Part shown: piece by piece, positions 32,555 to 43,613 of the stretch
Layout: the number at the start of each line of letters is the position of its first letter
How positions within the stretch are numbered: position 1 is the stretch's first letter
Source of the DNA: Rebecca billardiae RCC1528
Taxonomy: Eukaryota; Protista; Haptophyta
Length of the DNA stretch: 64,000 bases
Assembly (NCBI GenBank): GCA_965240325.2
Contig: OZ251228.1
Location: 1,302,001-1,366,000, forward strand
Direction: 5' to 3'
Notes under the pieces: model-generated
Told to the model about the DNA's origin: nothing
What the model saw: only the letters and a program-made list of their open reading frames with translations
The model's database searches: none
Translations under genes and position numbers: made by a program

Positions 32555-33153
32555 CAGGCAATCGCGGGCATTAATTAAGGCCAGCTGTCACGTTAAGAAA
32601 CTGGGGCTTACTATCTGCGGATCTGGCCTAGAAACTGAGACTAGCGATTGGCTGGTTCGCTATACGCACAGTCCCACTAAGAAAGCGAGACTACGCGTAC
32701 ATCCTCAACCGGCGGCCGGCGACCCAGGCCGGCACTGCCGCTCGCACGGTGCGGCGCGCACCTAGGCCTAGCCAGCTAGCCTGTGGACTCCACTAGTCAC
32801 GTCATCAGCGCCCTTCTGACCACTGGCAGTGCGCCGGCATCCTGCAACATACGTGTAATGCCATATTTGCTCCAAAGGTGGCCAACTGTTTTCTTCGTCG
32901 GCCTCGCCCGGGCCGGGCCTAAAGACTCAGCGGGGGGCTCTGCCGTCTGCCCCCCGCGCTGCGGCACTCGGCGCTGCGCCCCCGCCGCGCTGCTTATTGC
33001 CCCAGCCTGCTGCGAGGCGGGCGCGGACCCTGGGAAACTGAGACTCCGCCGCAGGCGCTCGGGCTAGGACCGAAACGCCTTAAGAAATAACCGAGAATAG
33101 CCGTGGGATCTCTCATCTCTATGACTTTTGTATTGCCCCTCGATTGTACTCTG
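32555..33153. mobile_element. MITE, diverged inverted copy of 1349-1868
   Basis: Left end is TA-CAGGCAATCGCGGGCA. The interior matches the reverse complement of copy 1. The right end TATTGCCCCTCGATTGTACTCTG-TA is degenerate. Confidence 0.85.
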
Positions 33154-33434
33154 TATGGTCTTTCCAATCGGGACCATGAAATTGTCCGAAGGAAAAAAAA
33201 GCCGTGCCGTGTCCGAAAGCTGTCGATCTAGAAGAACGGCCTTTATAATAATATATTTTATATTTAAAAACGCAATAATAGTAAATCGTCCCGACCAAGT
33301 TTCGTCATCCTGGCGGGGAGGCCTCCACGCCCCCCGCGTTCGCAATAGGTCCTCATACAACAATGTTCGGGCTCGGGCTGGGGGGAAAGCACGGGGGGCT
33401 CTCAAGACGGCGGGAACGGAACGATGACCCCGGT

Positions 33435-34819
33435 GAGCCAAGGTTTCGTCGCAGATCGATTTATAATGAGCGTGTGGCGTGACCTGCTGCGCCGGCGTCG
33501 CCACGGCGCCCGGGCAGCGTGATGACACTGGTAGCCGCTGCCGAGTCAAGACCGCATGCAGCCCGGGCACGCCGGGGTCATCGCGCTGCGCATCCCACCC
33601 AGCGGGCCGGCCCCCGGCCCGACGGCCGGCACACAGGTGCGGTGCCGAGCAGGCTGGAGACCTGGCCCCCGCAACCTGTGACACATGGCGTGGCGACTCA
33701 GTGATGACTGACAGGCGAGCCGGAGCACCCCTGACAGCGGCTGACAGCGAGCCGAGTGAGGGCCGCCAAGCGGAGCCGTCAGGCGCCAAGCTGCAGCGGG
33801 CCAGTAGGGCCGGAACGCGCGCTATGCCCCCAGGGCAGGGCAGTACCATTTGGTCCGGCCGCTCCGTGCACGAGCACAAGAGGTGTCGGCCTGCCCCCGC
33901 ATGCATCCGAGCTGCCGATGCAGCCCCTGCCTGCCGCCTTCGCCGCCTCAGCAACCTCCCTGGCCGCACGCTCAGCTGCTGGCTCATCACAGACCTCTCG
34001 CGCCCGAGCAGCCCAGGCCGCCTTGGCCGCCTCAGCGACGCGCTCCTCCATGAGCCGCATCTCGGCTTTGTGATGATTGTCGGACCACGCGTGCAAGATG
34101 ATTTGCAGCCAGGTACGTCTCGTGCGCCCTCATCGCCTCGCCATGCGCCAGCACACGCTCAGGCGCACCCAGCGGCGGCATCGGATACGAAGCATCCTCG
34201 TACGCCAGGCGCGCGGCCTCGCTGTCGTACTCGGCGACGACATAGGAGCACTCGCCGACCGGGTACGACTGGTATGACGCGTTCAGGTAGGAGGCATCTG
34301 CCAGCCGGCGCTCAGCGGAGACAGATTCGGCCGATGCAAGGCGCGTTCTTTGTGCTGCACGGCTGGCAGTGCTCAACGATGGCGGCGAGAGCCGGACCAC
34401 CGCGCCGACACGGCAGCCGGAGGCGCGCCCGCTCTGACCACCGAACGAGCGCGTCGCCACAGCCCCGGCGTCGAGCGGCTCGCGGTCCTAGACGACGAGC
34501 ACCTTCTCGCCGACGAGCTCGAGCGCGGCACAGGTGTGCTGCTCGCAGATGTAACACACATCAGCGTCCGCGACGCTGCCCGCAGTGGGGCTAGCCACCA
34601 CGAGACTCGCGTCGGCGCGGCATGCGAGAAGCCGACGAAGCTCAGCAGCGCGCGCGCCCTCGATCTTGTTCATCGGGCGCCCTCTGACGTACACGCCGGT
34701 CGGCACTGGATCCCAGTCGGGCGCGGTAGTATAGGAATCTGGGTCGTAACACACGCACTGCTATGGGCCTTGAGGCGTGCGCGGACCAATCGGCTTCGAG
34801 CCCAGGTTTCGTCGCAGAT
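33435..34819 (-). pseudogene. Fragmented coding-like segment between 22-bp direct repeats
   Basis: GAGCC(A/C)AGGTTTCGTCGCAGAT at 33435-33456 and 34798-34819. Minus-strand protein-like fragments are spread over several frames with stops. Confidence 0.45.
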
Positions 34820-35125
34820 GCGGTTTGAGCAAAGGACTATCAAATACCGTTTGAGAGCATCGATCCTGATACTATTATACATATATATGAGTGAGTAACC
34901 AGTAACCACTAGCTATGACTTCAGTCGAAAAATGTGTGACATTACTCACATGATATATATATATATATTTCCAGTTGCTCCTGGAATACGCTCGCGAATT
35001 CACGACAGAATCTGGTACACGTTACATTCCGCTCGCGGTCGCGGGTCGTCCTTGGCGGTTTCGATCGGGGTCAGGTGCGACGTTGTCGTCGGCGTTGCCC
35101 CCTTCTTTTCAAGCTGGTGCCTGCC

Positions 35126-36573
35126 ATGCGCACGATCACCTCCCTCGTCGCGGTCGTCCTCTCGTCTGCGGTGCTGTGCGAGGCCTTCCACTACTACGGT
35201 CCCGATGACAGCGTGGATCTGCCTGCCGGCGAGGATGCGACGTCTCTGCAACCCTATCCATCCCTCACCGAGAACTTCTACGCGGCGCCGGACGGTGCCG
35301 AACAGGTTCACGTGTTTGGCGGCAACTCCGGGCGAGGCTACGCCGGCTACGCCGGCGGAGACGTGGAGAACGTCATCTTCGGCAGCGCCGGCGACGATCG
35401 GCTGATAGGAGGAAGTGCTTGGGATGTGGATTATGACCGATATGTAGCAGCCGGCGACGTGGTGAACCGCCTCTACGGCGAGGCCGGCAACGACGACATA
35501 AGCGGCGGGGGTAATGGCGTGCTCGCGGGCGGGCCCGTGGTGGTGAAGAATTACCTGTATGGTGTGATGCGCGCATGTGCCACCCTGCGCCGCCCATGTG
35601 TGCCGCCTGCTGTCTGACTGGTTCTGAGCTGTTTTTCGCGCGACGTTCTCACTGCAGAATCAATGCACCCAACCAACCAGCAACTGATCTCCCTCACGCC
35701 CCTTATGCTGGTGCCTGGCAGGTGGTGACGGCGACGACACCCTGACGAGTGGTGAATCGTCTTCGTCCTCTGGGCTCGGAAACGGGGTCTACAACTACAT
35801 CTTCGGTGCGTACTGCTGCTATTGCCACCACCGGACTGCTATGTGTCCTGCACACTCGCCGCCTGTCTGTGCCTCCTGCGTATCCTGCTTAGCAGCAGTG
35901 GTGCTGCTGATGAATGAAGCGTGGCACGTGCATGGCATTCATTGACTCGCGTGTGCTGCGCGCGCGCTCGATCGGGACCATGGATGCCGCGCCGCCGCGC
36001 AGGTGGTAACGGCCAAGACTATGTGGACGCAACATTTTCGAATTATTGGTCTTACTCTTACAGTACTCTACTACTGGGGACCCGTCATTCGTGTACGTCG
36101 CTGGCGACGGTGAAGTGGATGTTGTGCGTGCGGATGACGGCTATTATGACTACATCCGCGCCGACCTGAACGACGTTATCTACCATGACATTGGTATTGA
36201 CACGCTTGTGCGGGTCTCTCCTACTCCCACTCCAAGTCCCACGCCAGAGCCCACGCCAGAGCCCACGCCAGAGCCCACGCCAGAGCCCACGCCAGAGCCC
36301 ACCACGCCAGAGCTCACGCCAGAGCCCACGCCAGAGCCCACCACGCCAGAGCCCACGCCAGAGCCCACGCCCAAGGACCACCATGTCTGTCCAGAGGGAT
36401 GTGTGCCGACACCCCATGAAGCTTCTGGCCGGCGCCTGCGTGCTCAAGGCCCCGGCGACGACGCTCACGCTCGACGGGCACTTCTCTTCGGGTCGTTCAA
36501 CATCAAGAGCCCTTCAGATTCGCAGGCGCCGATCAGCTGCCCTGCTGGGTGCCAACCGGTCGCGCAGCAGTGA
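35126..36573 (+). pseudogene. Secreted RTX-like Ca-binding repeat protein with PTPE stalk; introns 35562-35721 and 35806-36002; frameshift at ~36060
   Basis: Signal peptide, then GSAGDDRL, GEAGNDDI, GGDGDDTL and GGNGQDYV nonapeptide-like repeats across three exons. Exon 3 changes frame at TACAGTA (36059-36065). Confidence 0.72.
36238..36372 (+). repeat. Coding 12-bp tandem repeat (CCCACGCCAGAG, PTPE)
   Basis: Directly visible. Confidence 0.92.
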
Positions 36574-37087
36574 CAGCCACACTGTCGATCGATGCAGCGG
36601 GGATGCCGCGACTCCCCGGCAGCCCCAGAATAGTCTCGGGCCCACTGAGCGGCCGGTGTGCGGCCCCGAGTAGTAGTCACACTCCCGCACGGCACGGCGA
36701 CTGACGCCACCGTCCCGGACCGGCTCCGCGGGCTCCGGGAGGCGGCCGGCCGGGCCCGCGGGACCGCGGCGGGACCAGTGTCCAGTGCACCGGCCGTCAC
36801 GGTACTGAGTCTGAGTCACTGGTCCGAGACATAATACCGTAACCGGGCGCCGCACCGCAGCACGCGCCGCAGCCGGCCGCCGAGTCTTAATTCAGATTCA
36901 GAGTCCGAGCAGATGATCGCGCATTCATTCTGCCGCCTGCCGATAGTCATAGTATGATATCAGGCGCGTCAGTAGTAGTCGACCATATATTTTCGGATCT
37001 ACTCGACAGAATAATGACGACGATGATGCGCTGGCATCACGGCAACGGGCGACCTGCTGGTACTTAGACTATATATACCGGCCTACG

Positions 37088-40000
37088 CTACTTGACGGCG
37101 TCGGTGCTGCCGTCGGCCATCGAGCTGTCGGAACGTGAAGCCTGCTGCGCCTGTGGGGCACGCGCGTGCACGCGCGCAAGAGCTCACAGTCAGCGTCTAA
37201 ACAGCCACACACCCTGCTGCTCGGCGGGCGGACACGTCACGAGCGCGCGCACAGCGCAGGCCGCGGCGCAGGGCGCTGGTGCGAGCGAGGGGCAAGGCGG
37301 CGGCGGCGAGGCGCGAGGCGGCGCGCAAGGGGCGGTGCGCGGCGCGGCGCGCACCTGGGCGAGCTGGACCTCCAGGCTCGTCAGGTGGCGCGCGAGGCTG
37401 AGCGTGCGCTCGCGCCCGCGCTGCTGCTCCTTGTGCCGCTCCTTCAGGCTGCGCCGCATCGCCTCCGCCTCGCGCTCGGCGGCCGCGCGCGCCTCCGCGG
37501 CCGTGCGCGCCTGCGCCTCGCATCGAGCGAGCTCGGTGCTGAGGCAGTGCGCCACGGCGGTGGCCACGGCGCTCGAGCGCAGCTCGCCGAACACGTCGAC
37601 GGCCGCGCCGAGGCCGGCGTCCCCCGACGCAGCGGCCACGTGCCTGCGCGCGCGCACGCCCACGCACGCCGACGGTAGGCGGCGTCGACGGCACGCGGCG
37701 GTGGTCGCGGCGCGGCGCGGTGTGAGCGCGCGGCCGGTGGCGCGCGCGCGTGCGCGGGCGGAGGCGGGCGCGGTGGCGCGGCGGCAGCGCAGGCGAGGCG
37801 CGGGCGCACGGCCGCGCCGGTGCGCCGCGCGCGCACCTGCGCAGCTGCGCGTTCTCGCCCATCAGCGCCGCGTGCATGGCTCGCAAGGCGCTCGCGTCCG
37901 CCGCGCCGTCCGCGCCCGCCGCGCCGCCAGCCGGCGGCAGCGAAGCAGGCAGCGGCGGCAGCGATGCCGCCGAGCCTTCGGGGCCCGCGAGCAGCGCGGC
38001 CGCGGAGGCGCGCAGCGCGTCGATGGCCGCGAGCGCCTCCGCCTGCTTGCGCTCGGCCATCGCCACCTCCTTCTCACTCGGCAACTCCGCGCCAGCGCCG
38101 CCGCCGCCGCCGGAGCCCGCGCCGCCGCCCGCCGCGCGCGCGCGCACGAAAGTGTATGAGCCAAGTGCCACGCGCGCGCCGCCGACCGTTTTGAGCCGCA
38201 TGTTCGCGCCCGAGAGGAGGCGCGCGACGGAGGGCGCGAGGAGGTACGCCGCGGTGAAGTACGCCGCGGCGAGCTCGAAGTGCCCGTGCGAGTTCGCCAC
38301 CTTCGCCTCCGCGTGCAGCTCGTCGGCCGCGTGCGCGAGCGCGGCGGCGCGCGCGGCGGCCTCGCCGCTCCGGCCGACTCCAGCGCTCGCCGCCGCCTCC
38401 ATCGCCACCTCCGCCATCGCCGCATCCGTCCGCTCGGCGGCGCGCTCGACGAGGAAGGCGAGCGCGGGCGGCGGCGCGCCCGCGCCCCCGCCGTCCCCAC
38501 CGAGCTGCGCCTCGCCCACCCAGTCCGCGCCGAACGTGTGCAGCAGCCCGAGAGTCGCTGAGAGCTGCGAGCGCACGCGCGACAGCGCGCGCGTCGCGTC
38601 GGCCGCGCGCGCCCGCTCGGCCGCGGCGCGCGCCTCCGAGTCGGCCTCGCGCACCGCCGCGTCGGCGCGCGCGGCGCGGAGGGCGGCGAGCTCGGCGGCG
38701 AGCTGCTCGCACCGCGCGGCCAGCGCGTCCGCCGAGCGCTGCCGCTCCTCCTCCTCCTCACGCAGACGGTCGCCGGCCGCGGCAACGCCCGCAGCGGCCG
38801 CGTGCGCGCGCGCGGCCGCGCCGCCGGCCGCGTGCGCGCCCGCCTCGGCCGCGCGCGCGCGGGCGAGCGCGCTTTCGAGCGAGGTCTCGGCGGCGCGCAG
38901 CTTGGCGCTCAGCGCGGCGACCTGCTCGGCGGCGGAGGCCGCGCCGTCGGCCTCGGCGCCCGCCGCCTCCGCCGCCGCCCGCTCCACAGCCGACGCGCGC
39001 GCCTCCGCGGTCGCGGCGCGCGCCTCCGCCGCGCCCGCGCGTGCCTCGGCCGCAGCCGCGCGCTCGTCCGAGCCGGCCGCCCAGCGCTCGGCGGCGTCAC
39101 GGGCCTCGACGGCGGCGCGCGCCTCCGCGCGCGCCGCCTCGAGCGCCGAGGACGCCTCGGCGAGCTGCCGCCGCGTGCCCTCGAGCTGTGAGGCCATTCT
39201 CTCGGCCGCCTGCGCCCGCCCGGACTCCCCGGACTCGGAGCCCTCGCGCGCGGCGGCGTCACGCGCGGCCGCGGCCGCGGCGGAGGCGGCCGCCGCTGTC
39301 TCCCGCAGCGTTCGCGCCTCCTCCATCGCCTCGTCGCGCTCGGCGGCGGCGCGGCGCACGCGCTCCGTCGTCTGCGCACGCTCGGACGCAAGCTGAGCCT
39401 GCACCGCAGACAACTGCTCGCGCGCCGCGCGCGCCTCGGCCGCCGCCTCGTCCCGCTCCGCCGCGGCCGCGGCCGCGAAGGCGGCAGCGCCGGTCGACGT
39501 CTGCGTGTCCGTGCCGCTGGGCGCGGCGGAGCCGGGCTTCGCCGCCGCCGAGGGCGCGGCGGCGGGATCAGCCGCGGCCGCGGCGCTCGGCTCGGCGCGC
39601 CGCGTCGCGCCGCGCCTGCCAAATGACGCCGCGCGCGCCAGCGCGCCGAGCACGCCGCCGGCGGCGGCCCCCTGCGCCCCGGCTGTCGCCGCCCCGCTTG
39701 CCAGCGCGCCGCCCCGCGCCGCGCCAGCCGAGGGCGTGGGGCTGCTGCCTGCGTCGGATGGCACCGAGCGGTTGTCAGACTCACGCGGCGTGCGCTTTCC
39801 AGACTGGCGCGGCGTGCGGCCCGAGCCGGACCAGTCCTGGAGGGACGAGCTCGAGCCGAGCGACGCGAGCGACGCGTCCGAGCCGTACCCGCTGAGCGCG
39901 CCGCTGCCGCCGCCGCCGCCGCCCCGCGCGCTCGCCGAGCCGCCCTCCGCTGAGCCCTGGCCGTCAAGTGGCGCGGCGTAATTCTGAAGCCAGCGCGAGG

Positions 40001-40664
40001 AGAGCGTGGCGCGCAGCGTGCCCACGGGCGCCATCGCGCCAGCCTCGCGCATGAGCGGCAGCTCCACCTCGTCCGTGCTCGGCGTCACGCGCGCGTGCGC
40101 CGCCAGGTCGAGCGTCGCGCGGCAGAGCGGCACGAGCTTGCGCCGGCCGCCGGCGACCTGCGCGATGGCGATCGTGATCGTGGCCTCCTTGCCCTCGAAG
40201 GCGGCGTGGCGGTCGGCGTCGCGGTAGAGCGTGCACAGCATCTGCATCGGGGAGCCATCCAGCTTCGTCTCGCCCCCTGCGCACGCGAACTCGCGCGACT
40301 GCGCGCGCGCGCAGCCACACGCAGCGCGTGTGCGCGCCTCAGCCGCGGGTCCCGCCGCTGCCGCGCGCGCGGGCGCGCACGCACCTCGGCCACCTTGCTC
40401 CCGCGCTTCCAGATGATTTGGAGCGAGGCGTTCGCGGGCAGCGTGTGCAGCACCTCACGCTCGAACGAGAGCGACATCGGCCGCAGGCAGTATTGGTACT
40501 TGAATGCTCTGCGCGCGCGCGGCGCACGCCGACGCAAACGCGCCGCGGCGGCCTCGGTTGGCGGTGGCGGTGCAGCGCGGCTCGGGCGGTGGTAGGGCGC
40601 GCGCGCACGCGGAGCACGCGCACGGCGCGCACCCTTTGCCGCCCTTCTTCACCCATTTGTGCAT
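37088..40664 (-). CDS. NT-C2 (EEIG1/EHBP1-type) domain plus long Ala-rich coiled-coil protein; introns 40509-40632, 40299-40384, 37644-37836, 37151-37354
   Basis: The spliced N-terminus reads MHKWVKKGGKGAFKY..LQIIWKRGSK..MLCTLYRD..FEGKEATI..LCRATLDLA, typical of NT-C2. Four GT-AG introns join the ORF pieces in frame. The last intron is the least certain. Confidence 0.8.
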
Positions 40665-41253
40665 CGCGCGCCGAAAGCTGCTCCCAGCGCGCGGCGGCGG
40701 CCGGTGGATGCCCGCTGAACACGGGGCGATGCGCGCGTTCGGGTTGCCAGTTCGGCGCCACAATGGGCTTATTTTCGGCCGGTGCTTAGCAAAGTCTCGC
40801 ACACAGCCGGGCGCCATCTTTAGATTTACTCTATTGATTGCAATACGTAATATACGATTATTCCTTCAATGATTACATCCCGCCGTTGCCTCGCCCGCGC
40901 AGCGCGGGCGGATGGCAGGTTGGGCCAGGTAGAAGAGGGGGACAACGCGAACGTGGAACGAGCGGAGCGGCGGCCGAATTCCTGATTCATCATTTCATGT
41001 GCGCGGCGCGCCACGCGCCACACGCGTCTGACGCGTCCACACTCGGCGGCCTCGGGGTCTGACGCCGGCACCGGGTGTCAGCGGTGGGCACGCTGCACGG
41101 CAGCGCTTGACGCGACTCCAGTCCGGCCCGCCCTAGCTCAGCCGGGCGGCCGTCCACTACTCTGTGAGTACGATTCTCATAGTCATTCTGTGTCACTGCG
41201 TCGGCGGCAGTCCACGGCATTAGGCTTAGCATGGCACCCGACCGAGTCACTAG

Positions 41254-43209
41254 TCAGTGCGCGCGCAGGCCCGCCCTGCGCACCAGCCACTCGTACAGCC
41301 CCCAAACCACGCCAAGCTCGACCAGCACAGTGGCCAGCTCGTACCGGCCAAGGGGCGCCTCGGGAGGCGCTGGCGGCGGCTCGGCGCCTGCGCCGGCGGG
41401 CGCGGTGGAGCGCTCAGCCTGTGGCGCGGGCGGCGCGCGCTCGCGCCCCGCCTCTGGCGCTCGCTCCGTGGGCTCGATGCCCTCCGCTCCCGTGCTCGCC
41501 CGTGCGCCGGCGGTGGGGGCGTCGCGCCGCGCGCCTGGCACGGCGGCGCGGACGGGCGCGCTCACGCTCTCAGCAGCCCCTGGGCTGCGCTCCGCTGGCC
41601 CGCTGCCCACGCGCTCGGCCGCGGCGGCGGCGGCGCGCGGCGTGGCGGCTGCCGCCGCGGCCGCGCCCACCGCCGCGCCCCGCCGCGCCCGCGCGCGTTG
41701 AGCTGGCGTCAGCACGCCCGCCGCCGCGCTCGCCTCCGCCAGCCGCGTCACCTTGTCCCTCCAGGCGGCCGAGCTCACGTCGGGCTCCCCCGGCACGCTC
41801 ACGTATTTCCCCGTGAATTCAGAAATGATCTGAGGCGAGTACGGCCGGCCGCGGTTGAGGTGCACGCAGTCGGCGACCTCCTCGAGGAAGTGCGTCGCGG
41901 CGGCGTGGCCGCCGACGGGCTGCAGCAGGATCTGCGCGCGGTACCGCCGCAGCGCCGCCTGCCGCCGCCCGACCTCGTCCGCGCTCATCGCGCGCAGGTG
42001 CTCGACAACGCTCGCCGGCCGCCTCAAAAAGGCGCCAGTGGGGAACTTGACCCAGAAATCTTCGTAGGGGACCGGCCGGAGCCAGGGGCCCTCCTTGTGG
42101 CTGTACGGGCCGTACAGCTCGTCGCATAGCACGACGGGGATGCACCCCGCCGCGATCGCCGAGACGAAGCGGCTGCTCGTGCAGATGTCGCCCGCGGGGC
42201 ACAGGCAGAAAACCGAGCGCGCCATCGTGCGCCCCATGCGCGTGTACTTGGAGGCGTTCGGGTCGTCGAGTGAGGTGCTGCGCAGCTCGTCGACGAGGGC
42301 GGGGACGGAGATGGCGCGCTCGGCGGCGAGCGCGTCGAGCGCCTTCGCCGTGCACGGCGGCACGCTCGCCGCGCCGCCGAACCGCCGGATCGCCGCCTCT
42401 CTCAGGCCGATCTCGATGCGAACGTCCGGCGCTCGGCCCAGCAGCAGCTGGCCGACCTCGCACCGGATGCGCTGGCCCGTGCAGCACACGTCGAGGCCGC
42501 CGGCGAAGTAGAGCAGCAGCGGCCGGCGCGAGTCGTCGGGCGGGAACGCGCGCAGCGCCTCCTGGTTCGGCTGGTGCCCCATGTCGAACGTGCACCGGCC
42601 GACGACCGACGACTCTCGCATGCTCTCGTCCGCCGGGTGCCGGCCGTACGGTTTCGGCCGGCCGACAGAGGTCTCGCCGAGCACGCGGTTGAAGGGGATG
42701 AGGCGCTGGCGCATGTCGACGCGGCGCCAGTGCATCCCCGCGCCGCCCGCCGCGTACTTGTCCGTGTACCCCGTGATCCGCCCCTTGTCGTCCTTTGCGT
42801 TCGTGTGCTCCATCGTCTTGGAAGACGCCCAGAAGTGGTCGCGGCCCAGCCGGCGCTGGAAGTGGACGGAGGCCTTGAGCGCCTTGTGCGCGCGCACCAT
42901 GCGGCGCTCGTGGCTCACGCCCTCGCACTCGCCCAGCCGGAAGCTCGCGTACTCCCACACCGGGATGTAGAAGAGCGCCGCCTCGCTCGCGTTCGCCGTG
43001 CGGTACGGGTGCGAGACCAGCGCGTCGAAAAGGTTCGCCTCCTGCATGCCCTCCGCGTTCGCGGAGTTCTTGAGCTGCTCGTAGCCGTCGCAGCGCGCGA
43101 GCCAGGAGAAGTCGAGCTCGCGCTCGGTGTACATGTAGAAGCGCAGCGACGGCGGCGCGTACGCCGCCGCCGCCAGCACGCACAGCGCGAGCGCGTGGCC
43201 CGCCGCCAT
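41254..43209 (-). CDS. Exostosin family (GT47) glycosyltransferase
   Basis: HPYRTANASEAALFYIP, GRDHFW, RPLLLYFAG and MARSVFCLCPAGD..SSRFVSAIAAGCIPVV. N-terminal signal and C-terminal hydrophobic segment. Confidence 0.92.
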   Translation of the reverse strand: MAAGHALALCVLAAAAYAPPSLRFYMYTERELDFSWLARCDGYEQLKNSANAEGMQEANLFDALVSHPYRTANASEAALFYIPVWEYASFRLGECEGVSHERRMVRAHKALKASVHFQRRLGRDHFWASSKTMEHTNAKDDKGRITGYTDKYAAGGAGMHWRRVDMRQRLIPFNRVLGETSVGRPKPYGRHPADESMRESSVVGRCTFDMGHQPNQEALRAFPPDDSRRPLLLYFAGGLDVCCTGQRIRCEVGQLLLGRAPDVRIEIGLREAAIRRFGGAASVPPCTAKALDALAAERAISVPALVDELRSTSLDDPNASKYTRMGRTMARSVFCLCPAGDICTSSRFVSAIAAGCIPVVLCDELYGPYSHKEGPWLRPVPYEDFWVKFPTGAFLRRPASVVEHLRAMSADEVGRRQAALRRYRAQILLQPVGGHAAATHFLEEVADCVHLNRGRPYSPQIISEFTGKYVSVPGEPDVSSAAWRDKVTRLAEASAAAGVLTPAQRARARRGAAVGAAAAAAATPRAAAAAAERVGSGPAERSPGAAESVSAPVRAAVPGARRDAPTAGARASTGAEGIEPTERAPEAGRERAPPAPQAERSTAPAGAGAEPPPAPPEAPLGRYELATVLVELGVVWGLYEWLVRRAGLRAH

Positions 43210-43613
43210 TGCTGCAGCAGCAAGTGCGGCCCAGTGGCCAACGGGCAACGGCGTTTTTATGGCGAATACGACCGATATGATGACGACGAGTCGAAGTCAC
43301 GAAGACCATGGGAGGTCAGTCAGGTCACAGACGCAGTGTCCCGGAGGGTGTCGGTGCTGCTCAGCGGACTGCTACTGGTATACAGAGGCAGCTAGACGTG
43401 CAACTGGAGTGAGCCACTGAGCCAGACTGTGGGCCAGCGCCGAAAACGGTAGTGCAGTAGAGATATCCTTGATGATGTGTCGTGATGCATGACTGATTGT
43501 GTGACATGCGTCACACGCGTCGTCGGCGTCGTGCTCGTGGCCCCCGACCATTGCCGCTCCGCGCGCGCGGCGCGCGCATGCTCACCGTCCGTGCGCCAGT
43601 GCCTGTGAAAATG

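Noticed and set aside
36049-36063. 15-nt GT..AG micro-intron as the fix for the RTX-gene frameshift
   Set aside because: Its length is a multiple of 3, so it would not restore the frame, and it is far shorter than the other introns (86-204 bp).
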